IMG/VR virus record: IMGVR_UViG_3300020200_000015
Location: 1-64,000 of that record
Reading direction: 5' to 3' (one strand)
DNA length: 64,000 bases
Origin: a virus
The position numbers and the translations under genes are program-made. Shown here in pieces: positions 8,776 through 15,851 of this stretch. Position 1 is the first letter of the stretch; every line of letters begins with the position of its first letter. Below the pieces are notes generated by a model. The model saw only the letters and a program-made list of their open reading frames with translations. It ran no database searches and was not told the origin of the DNA.

Positions 8776-9726
8776 TCAGACGAGTTCCTCGAAGAGTTCT
8801 AACATCTGGGTAGCTCTCGCCACCGTAGAGTGATACTTTTGAGCGTGTCTTATCGCAGCTCCAGTTAGTCTTTTCCACCATCCCTCGTTTTTGACAATCT
8901 CAACTAGCAGCGCTTCCATGTGCTGCCAGTTATGGAAATACAATGCGTGCCTGTGCGGCTCTGGCATGAACCTCATGTGCAGAACCTTGCTTATGTCAGG
9001 CGTACAAACAGCAGCTCCAAAACCGATAGCTTCCCAATACCTAAGCGTGTCAATGCCAGCGCCGGGCACGCTAACAATGCACTTCGATCGCCTCATGAGC
9101 GATCTGTAATCGGGAATCGAAAGAGGCTGACCATCGTTGGGTGCGTTGGCAACAATGTTCAATCCAGTCCTCTTAGCGATTGCATTGAGGTGATCAACGC
9201 ACTCTTGTCGCAGCTTGCTACTGCCTCCATAGGCTACGAAGGAAACATCAACATCTCTCTTCTCATACGGCTGCGGCTGGTGATCGAAATGAAACTGGTA
9301 AACGCCAAACTGAAAGCTTCTGACGTTGTGCCAAACTAAGTCGTTCACTTCAGGGTACCTCAGCTCACGCTTCAGGTACAGCTTGAACATTGATGGATCG
9401 ACTAGATAGCAGTTGCTATCATGGCCATCAAGAAAGATACCCTTCTTGTGCAGCAGCTCTCTCCTACCTTCGAAGTAATCGAAGTTCTCTAAGAACTTCA
9501 TATCACCTCCAGACGACAGTAAGATGACATCAGCCTCAGGGATGACATCCTCAATAGCCGTCTTACTCAACAGATCAAGTTTTTCAATCTGAGAGCCATG
9601 ATGCACAATGGCATTTGTGCACCAGAATTCTTTGATTGCGCAAGTCTTCCTGAGAAGCCAGAGTCCCTCAGTAATCTGATTAGAAGAGTAGTCAAATCCC
9701 TCTGGGGCGAGATAGAGAATTTTCAT
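8776..9726 (-). CDS. glycosyltransferase, GT-B (Glyco_trans_1_2/exostosin-like)
   Basis: RDVDVSFV, Y..LMRRSK, PGAG.DT.RYWEA..G and HST..RA. Confidence 0.8.
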   Translation of the reverse strand: MKILYLAPEGFDYSSNQITEGLWLLRKTCAIKEFWCTNAIVHHGSQIEKLDLLSKTAIEDVIPEADVILLSSGGDMKFLENFDYFEGRRELLHKKGIFLDGHDSNCYLVDPSMFKLYLKRELRYPEVNDLVWHNVRSFQFGVYQFHFDHQPQPYEKRDVDVSFVAYGGSSKLRQECVDHLNAIAKRTGLNIVANAPNDGQPLSIPDYRSLMRRSKCIVSVPGAGIDTLRYWEAIGFGAAVCTPDISKVLHMRFMPEPHRHALYFHNWQHMEALLVEIVKNEGWWKRLTGAAIRHAQKYHSTVARATQMLELFEELV

Positions 9727-10664
9727 TCCATCTTAACAGTTTCAACGGTCAGATTGTCAAGGAAGTTGATGGTTTCAGCAGTGATCAAACCATCACTGAT
9801 TGCAAGGTCGTTAACCTGCTTGACGGTAGGATGCTTGACACTCGGGTTCTTAGCAATCCAGTTGGCGTAGCGAGCATCGGCACCCTCTTGGGCAACCGTG
9901 CGCGTCAAGTTATTCCTCATGAACTTGATTCTATTCTCCCTGAACTTAACGTGGGTCACAAGCTCAGGATTCTCATACCGTGTGCGACTTGCAATGTGGC
10001 TGTACGGTGCAAGGTTAGTGCTGAACGCCTTATAGCCAGTCAGAAGAATACGCCAGTGAGTGTCGTTGTCCTCAAAGAACGCAGGCTGGTAATCCTCGCA
10101 GATGTAGCCGATTTTCTCAATGAAAGACGGCTCAATCATGTAGCATGAGAAGTCTGGGTTCTCTCTTTTTGATGACTCTGGCCTGATAATCGCAAGGTCA
10201 GATGGGTTCCTAGTCATGTTGGCAGCAGTGACCATCACAGTTTCAGGCACCTCTGCCTTGATAGTTTTAAAGCCTTCGATCATCCCATCAATGGTGTATT
10301 GTCCGAAGGCAATGTCATTGTTGCAGATCAGGATCTTGGTGTAGCCATTCTCAACACCGTACTTGATGATCTGGTTCCAACCCACGGCTACACCGGCATT
10401 ACAGCCGTTGAACGCCATGTAGAACCCATCGATATTTGGATTGTTCTTATTCCACTTCTCAATCTGCTCGACATTCTCAGGCTTTGAGCCGTTATCAATG
10501 TAGAGGAAGGTCACATGCCGTGCCTTTGTCTTGACTGACTCGATGCAGCGGCGCGTGTACGTAAGGCAGTTCACGCCAAGCGTACCGATGAGCACTCGCT
10601 CATCGATATCACGAACTACCTTGTGATCAACCTTAACAGCAGTCAAGCCGCGATGAATAACCAT
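9723..10664 (-). CDS. glycosyltransferase family 2
   Basis: IDNGS, N.GVA.GWNQ, CNNDI, IG..CE.Y, FFEDND and H..S.T. Confidence 0.9.
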   Translation of the reverse strand: MVIHRGLTAVKVDHKVVRDIDERVLIGTLGVNCLTYTRRCIESVKTKARHVTFLYIDNGSKPENVEQIEKWNKNNPNIDGFYMAFNGCNAGVAVGWNQIIKYGVENGYTKILICNNDIAFGQYTIDGMIEGFKTIKAEVPETVMVTAANMTRNPSDLAIIRPESSKRENPDFSCYMIEPSFIEKIGYICEDYQPAFFEDNDTHWRILLTGYKAFSTNLAPYSHIASRTRYENPELVTHVKFRENRIKFMRNNLTRTVAQEGADARYANWIAKNPSVKHPTVKQVNDLAISDGLITAETINFLDNLTVETVKME

Positions 10665-10683
10665 GCATTGAACTACGATTCAA

Positions 10684-11316
10684 TCACATATCGTCATATG
10701 ATAAAAATGCTGATTGGTCGATCAACTTACCATTCACATTACGTCGCCCGAATCTCGATATCTCAATCGCATCAAGCATCTCGTACCTAACCAACTTATA
10801 GGCTAGAGTTGCAAAGGAGCACCCGACATCCTTATCAAAAGTCATCACAGCGCGCCATAACCCAATCAGCCCTGCTGAGTATAAATCATCGACCCCCATG
10901 CCGGCGCGGCGTGCACGCCATCCGCCAACCGATTTGATGCCAGCCTTGACTAGCTTTATATGGCCATCGAATAATTTCTTCTGCGCTGCATTCATATTCG
11001 GTCGCCGCTTTGGCAGGCGACCTACCTTGATCTCTATATTATTCTTCCTCAGTATTCTTGAGACCCTCCGTTGGCTGACTCCTAGCTTTCTAGAAACTGC
11101 GCCTGCGCTAGATAGCTTCTTGTACCAGCTAAGAACTCTTCTCTCTATCTGGCTATCAGTTATTACCTTTGGCTTTTTGCGGATGCCAAGGAGGTGAAGC
11201 ACGTAGGCTACAGTAGTGCCTCTAATCTTGAGATGTTTAGCTACTGCAATTATGCGCTTCAGTCTCCTGAACCAGTAGACTATCCTACGCATTAACACGG
11301 AATCAACTTTCATCAC
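10684..11316 (-). CDS. sigma-70 region-2 protein with N-terminal HTH motifs
   Basis: DDLYSAGLIGLWRAV..FD...G.SFAT.A...VR.EM (region 2); HTH-like segments lie N-terminal. Confidence 0.75.
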   Translation of the reverse strand: MMKVDSVLMRRIVYWFRRLKRIIAVAKHLKIRGTTVAYVLHLLGIRKKPKVITDSQIERRVLSWYKKLSSAGAVSRKLGVSQRRVSRILRKNNIEIKVGRLPKRRPNMNAAQKKLFDGHIKLVKAGIKSVGGWRARRAGMGVDDLYSAGLIGLWRAVMTFDKDVGCSFATLAYKLVRYEMLDAIEISRFGRRNVNGKLIDQSAFLSYDDM

Positions 11317-12119
11317 ATTAGTCGGACAAGCACCTGATAGCGAGCATCAGCTATAAAAGACTCTACTTTATCACTAGGTATTCTATCCCACCAGAAGATA
11401 GTGATGTCAATTTCAACCACGTTACCGGCTGTGAGAGGATAAGATGGCGGCAGTAGTTGCCCGACAGCGCCATTGTAAGGGATTACGAATGCGCTGCCCC
11501 ATGACATGTTGAGGCCATTCAGACCAATGTAGTGTGAGTTTAGAGGCAGCAATGTCACCTTGCCATGACACCATCCTGGCTGGTCGGGATACCAAGTGAC
11601 GACAAGTTTTGCAATCAAGTCTTGCGTCACGTAGGCTCCGATATGGCTCGTGAAGCCTGCGCCGTCATGCCACTGCGGGTAGATGTTGCCGCGACCAATC
11701 ACAACGCGCATCGGCACGAGCTGTGTGCCGTTAACGTGAGGCATCCCCTGGAAGTAATTCACCATGTCGCCGGGAAGTTGCGGCACAGCTCTAGCCGTAG
11801 GCTGTAATGTGGCTAAATCAATAGTACGGTGCTCACCAGGCATAAGAACTGCTCGTAAATCAACAGCCCAGTTGCCATCAACATCACAATGGCCGACGGC
11901 GTAGGATAACTGCAATTCGTTGCTTTGATTCAAAAGCCAGCCCGTAAAATGCGGCGGCCTCTGCCCAAGCATAACTCTAGTCCAACCGTCATACCTGGTG
12001 TTAGACTGGTTTATGATTGTCACCACCTGTGCCGATAAAGTGACGCAGGCAAGTAAGAGACTGAGTGCGAGCTTAATCACTTCTTTCTCCTCAGAAGAGC
12101 GATGGCCAAGAAGCAGCAA
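11313..12119 (-). CDS. putative secreted protein (signal peptide); true start probably ~12080 (GTG)
   Basis: VIKLALSLLLACVTLSA|QVV signal-peptide-like N-terminus. Confidence 0.55.
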   Translation of the reverse strand: MLLLGHRSSEEKEVIKLALSLLLACVTLSAQVVTIINQSNTRYDGWTRVMLGQRPPHFTGWLLNQSNELQLSYAVGHCDVDGNWAVDLRAVLMPGEHRTIDLATLQPTARAVPQLPGDMVNYFQGMPHVNGTQLVPMRVVIGRGNIYPQWHDGAGFTSHIGAYVTQDLIAKLVVTWYPDQPGWCHGKVTLLPLNSHYIGLNGLNMSWGSAFVIPYNGAVGQLLPPSYPLTAGNVVEIDITIFWWDRIPSDKVESFIADARYQVLVRLM

Positions 12120-12192
12120 ACAATCATCAACGCTAGCACGGCAGTATCGAATAGATCAGCATAATCACCAAGCAAACTTTCGATGAGTTCCA

Positions 12193-12609
12193 TCAGACGG
12201 GCCAAACGTATTCCAAGGTGCTAGGCTCAGACCAACCGAACTTACCATACCAGATCGGATCCTTGCGAATCAGGTTGGAACGATGGCTGGCATGGACATC
12301 ATCTCTACCAATCCACGGAGGAAGAGTAACCGTGCTAGGGAGGTCATAAAGCTTCATGGTATTGTTGAATCCACGGCTGACCCATTCATTGATGGAAAGG
12401 TTGTGGTAGAGCTTGAGAGCATCAAGGTATCCACGCCACATGGTACGGGCAGGATGATTAGCCCACCCGATCTTGGCATTAGGATCTACCTCAAGCTTCA
12501 GGGTGCTATTAACAAGCTGCATGGCTTCTAGACGTTGCTTGCCAAGACGCTTGTTGTCCAAAACCTTGAGGGATTCGTAAAAGGACGGATAGGGCAGAAA
12601 GGTTTGCAT
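12193..12609 (-). CDS. pyrimidine-dimer DNA glycosylase/DenV-like protein (MSMEG_6728 family)
   Basis: MQTFLPY, LD.KRLGKQRLE, GW.NHPA..MWRGY, RG..NT and HASHRSNL.RKDP..Y. Confidence 0.9.
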   Translation of the reverse strand: MQTFLPYPSFYESLKVLDNKRLGKQRLEAMQLVNSTLKLEVDPNAKIGWANHPARTMWRGYLDALKLYHNLSINEWVSRGFNNTMKLYDLPSTVTLPPWIGRDDVHASHRSNLIRKDPIWYGKFGWSEPSTLEYVWPV

Positions 12610-12618
12610 ACAGTCCTG

Positions 12619-12646
12619 ATTATAGCACCCTGTCTGGAAGAATCAA
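12619..12646 (-). promoter_or_regulatory. sigma70-type promoter with extended -10 for the DenV-like gene (near-leaderless transcript)
   Basis: Minus strand TTGATT-16 nt-TATAAT with TGc before the -10, ending 9 nt upstream of the ATG. Confidence 0.7.
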
Positions 12647-12685
12647 TCAGAAAGACTAGATTTCCGCACGCCACCACCCTCGGTA

Positions 12686-12713
12686 AGTCATAGTAGTGGA
12701 TACTACCATGACT
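12686..12713 (-). terminator. 12-bp hairpin downstream of the Cys-cluster gene
   Basis: Minus strand AGTCATGGTAGT-ATCC-ACTACTATGACT (one G-U pair); no good U-tail. Confidence 0.4.
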
Positions 12714-12728
12714 GCAATCAGCAACTAA

Positions 12729-13715
12729 TCAGCTACCCCACAAAACAATGTGGCCAAACGTCTCATTCTTAATATGCATTCTTATCTCGCGCTCTCTATC
12801 ACGAAGATCTTCATGAATACCAACAGTGAGCGCATCACTAGATGTCAGTCCGAGCGACGCGGCTGACTTCGATGTCCACTCTAACTTGGCGATGTCATCG
12901 CCAAACTGACTATCAAAGTAAGATGGTATATTACTCTTATCGATGAAGATCGATTCACCGATGCTAGTATTAGCCTGCGTTAAAACGACTGGACATCCAA
13001 ATGCCCAATTGCGACCATACTGCATTCTTCCAATGCTAACGGTTGGCATCTCATTTTGATCCTCAGGTTCAGTTGCGCGAACCGTCATGTGAGGATACCA
13101 GCAGTGCAGCGGCTTGAATGGGTGCACGCCACAGAAATATCTATCGCCCCCGATGAATAAATACGGGCAAGAGCACCTGCCGCTGAGCTCGTATTCATCA
13201 ACATTTTGCTTTACGTACAGCTTCGAGAGTATGTTGTGCTTATGGTTGAATCCATCAACCGTAATGTGCACCGACAACTCTTCAAGACTAGCTAAAAGAT
13301 CTTCGCGATTTTTATCAAACCTCTTAGCGCTATCAGCGCCAAACCTTTCAGCAATGTCTTTGGCATCGTAATTAACAATGCGCGACCTATCGTACTCAGT
13401 ATAGACCAAGTCAAAAGGCACGCGACAGCAATTGCCAGCGCCGTGACAATCGTCCAGGCGAGTATAGAGAGTAGGACTGATCGAAACACGGCCAGGCACA
13501 CGGTATACTTTTTCAAACAAAACATACCTAGTGCCGTCAACATCAGTCTTAGCTACTTCAACTTTCGTGTTGTACTTAGCATACACGAATAAGTAGTGCA
13601 GCAGCTTTTCGATCGAACCTTTGAGCTGCTCTCTATGAGCTGAAGAACTGAGAAGCATTGTTAACCCAAATAGAGTTGCAGGACTTGCAGTAAAAGATTG
13701 CCTTCGGCAGATCAC
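12729..13715 (-). CDS. YkgJ/CxxCxxCC-like cysteine-cluster (Fe-S/Zn) protein; start uncertain
   Basis: DCHGAGNCC ... CPYL ... CGVHPFKPLHC.YP. Confidence 0.7.
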   Translation of the reverse strand: MICRRQSFTASPATLFGLTMLLSSSAHREQLKGSIEKLLHYLFVYAKYNTKVEVAKTDVDGTRYVLFEKVYRVPGRVSISPTLYTRLDDCHGAGNCCRVPFDLVYTEYDRSRIVNYDAKDIAERFGADSAKRFDKNREDLLASLEELSVHITVDGFNHKHNILSKLYVKQNVDEYELSGRCSCPYLFIGGDRYFCGVHPFKPLHCWYPHMTVRATEPEDQNEMPTVSIGRMQYGRNWAFGCPVVLTQANTSIGESIFIDKSNIPSYFDSQFGDDIAKLEWTSKSAASLGLTSSDALTVGIHEDLRDREREIRMHIKNETFGHIVLWGS

Positions 13716-13908
13716 CTTCCTGCATTACATCAGTAGAATCACAGTTAGGGCAGCTACCAATCGATTCGGATACCGAGACTGGCGCTCTTGGGTCGTCCGT
13801 ATTAGCCCTTACCATAGCCTCGATTATATCAGTTAGTCTAGATAGGTGGTACGCTATCGTAGCCAGACTGATTCTGATTGTCGGCAACCCCTCGTTCTCG
13901 TCGTTCAT
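13633..13908 (-). CDS. small zinc-ribbon protein
   Basis: CPNCDS ... YCKSC..IW. Confidence 0.6.
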   Translation of the reverse strand: MNDENEGLPTIRISLATIAYHLSRLTDIIEAMVRANTDDPRAPVSVSESIGSCPNCDSTDVMQEGDLPKAIFYCKSCNSIWVNNASQFFSS

Positions 13909-14965
13909 CTATCCAAGCTCTTTTAATCATTGCAAGCAGCATAGCTTGACGGTGGATGTCACTAGAAACAACCCCGTTTATGTGGTTAGGCATACTTGGC
14001 AAGAGGCGTGTGAATGGCTCAATTGCTGTTGTCTCAACGAAAGCCTCACGCTTAGACAAGTACCTCATGATGATTACATACGCAGGATTCTCGACATCCA
14101 CCTCATTCATCAACACATAGTTGATATCCGACTGCCTGAATAGATCGCCAAGCTTTGCTTCGACCTTATCTAAGTCGCTGTAACTCTGGTATGTTTTTGA
14201 CCAGATGGCATCCTTCTTCTTGTCTTGTGAGTCGAAGAGAGCGATAGCGACCTCACCCCTATCGGTGTAGATGCCGCAGATCCTGTAGTTGACTCTCTCA
14301 CCCATGAGCGTAAGACTGTACTTCAGCCTAGTTACGAATCTGGCAGTATTCTCTTTCAACCAAGTGTAATCAGTCTGCTTGTAGCCGATCTTCTCGCCAA
14401 TGTCGGCCCATGTCATTTGCCTGACACGGTAAAGGTAACACTCAAGCCACAAGCGATCATTTGAATCCTTGGGGATCGAGTCAAAAATCTTACGCAGCAA
14501 CTCGCCTTGGCGACCGTCCTCAATCAGCGAAAGAAGGTCATTGGCAAACTCACCTTCTTGCGGGAGAATATCCTCCATGCCCTCCACGGTCTGGCTGAGC
14601 ATCATCAAGTACGTCTTACCATGCTCATGGTCAACCATCTGCTTCATATCGGTAACCTTCTTCAAGAGAAAGTCAGCCTCGCCACGAAGCCTGAGCGAGA
14701 AGTACGATATGACTCTACCGTCGTTCGCCTGTTCGGGCAACTTGAAGTTGCCAATGATTTCGATTATACGCGGCACCAAACCGCATTCGATGTCTTCAAG
14801 ATCTTCACTGGGTAGCCAGTGAAACATCCTTTTGTATTCACGCAACCTGCCGGAGATTATCTTCTGAATCTTCTTGTCTTGGACGAACAGCCATCCGGCA
14901 TGGCTATCGCCGCTCTGAAACCTCTTGATGAGGTAATACAGCTCTGAATCAGGCTCCGTAACCAC
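13838..14965 (-). CDS. sigma-factor-like protein with a C-terminal RNase H/YqgF-like domain
   Basis: LIKRFQSGD..A, EDLEDI and MTWADIGEKIGY (region 4 HTH), then ICGIYTDRGEVAIALFD beta-hairpin. Confidence 0.5.
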   Translation of the reverse strand: MVTEPDSELYYLIKRFQSGDSHAGWLFVQDKKIQKIISGRLREYKRMFHWLPSEDLEDIECGLVPRIIEIIGNFKLPEQANDGRVISYFSLRLRGEADFLLKKVTDMKQMVDHEHGKTYLMMLSQTVEGMEDILPQEGEFANDLLSLIEDGRQGELLRKIFDSIPKDSNDRLWLECYLYRVRQMTWADIGEKIGYKQTDYTWLKENTARFVTRLKYSLTLMGERVNYRICGIYTDRGEVAIALFDSQDKKKDAIWSKTYQSYSDLDKVEAKLGDLFRQSDINYVLMNEVDVENPAYVIIMRYLSKREAFVETTAIEPFTRLLPSMPNHINGVVSSDIHRQAMLLAMIKRAWIDERRERGVADNQNQSGYDSVPPI

Positions 14966-15003
14966 GGCTGTAGTTACGAAGTGTGATTACAAGTCATCTA
15001 CAA

Positions 15004-15222
15004 TCAAGAGCGCGGACGACCTTGCTCATTGCTGGCATCCCTTCCAACCTGCGTCCAAGTCTTGTCAACTGACGGGCGACCCCTGCCGCGCTTCTCTTCG
15101 TCGTGCCCGCCGGTCTCAAGATCCTTCTTGTTGACACCAACAACCTTAAAAGACTCCTTGTCAACGATACCACGACCGTTGCCAACGTTGCCTTCGATCG
15201 AACTACTTGGTGGGTTGCTCAT
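15004..15222 (-). CDS. small AT-hook protein
   Basis: KRGRGRP; ATGA overlap with the upstream gene. Confidence 0.5.
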   Translation of the reverse strand: MSNPPSSSIEGNVGNGRGIVDKESFKVVGVNKKDLETGGHDEEKRGRGRPSVDKTWTQVGRDASNEQGRPRS

Positions 15223-15404
15223 GACTTACCTTGGTTGTACGTGACGAAGCCAACTCGGTACAAGTTCAAAATCGGCGCAATGATCTCAAGCACTTGATCG
15301 ACAGTCATGGCATCCAGAGCCTTGGCTGTCTCACAGTCCTTACCGCCAATCTGCTTGATAATTTCAAACAGTGCCAGCTTAATCTGTAGTGGCATTGTGC
15401 TCAA
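15219..15404 (-). CDS. hypothetical protein
   Basis: Tightly packed minus-strand ORF. Confidence 0.55.
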   Translation of the reverse strand: MSTMPLQIKLALFEIIKQIGGKDCETAKALDAMTVDQVLEIIAPILNLYRVGFVTYNQGKS

Positions 15405-15594
15405 TTTTCATCTCGTCATACATGCGCTCGAATGCTTTGAGCACTAGAGCCATGAATGCCTCTTTACTCTTGAACCAATCAGAGTTCTCAACAGACACTA
15501 CAGCGTGACTGTGCTGCTTGTGACCAGCGACGCTTGCTGACTTAGCATCTTGGTAAACAAGATGCAGAAGCATTTTAGCTCCGAAATCACTCAC
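15379..15594 (-). CDS. hypothetical protein
   Basis: Tightly packed, GTGA overlap. Confidence 0.55.
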   Translation of the reverse strand: MSDFGAKMLLHLVYQDAKSASVAGHKQHSHAVVSVENSDWFKSKEAFMALVLKAFERMYDEMKIEHNATTD

Positions 15595-15851
15595 TGCGTA
15601 AGGGGAACGACTGCAACGTTGCCATTCTCAACAAACATAACCTTCACACTCACTCGATGATACGATCCGATCTCGGCCACAACAGCCGGAGTCAACTCGA
15701 TCGTCATAACATCTTTCTCCCTGGTGATGCGAATGCTCTTATTCTTTGAGCACAGCTCCAGTGGAACTTGGATGGTAGCCGCCTCAGTGGCCGGCGTAGC
15801 GGCAGGCGTAACGTGGGCGGGCGACTTGACTGGAACCTTAGCGTCGGTCAT
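15591..15851 (-). CDS. hypothetical protein
   Basis: Overlaps the sbcC stop; operon-like packing. Confidence 0.6.
   Translation of the reverse strand: MTDAKVPVKSPAHVTPAATPATEAATIQVPLELCSKNKSIRITREKDVMTIELTPAVVAEIGSYHRVSVKVMFVENGNVAVVPLTQ

Noticed and set aside
14994-15185. Alternative 63-aa ORF overlapping the AT-hook gene
   Set aside because: The 15004-15222 frame has the coupled ATGA start and a recognisable motif.
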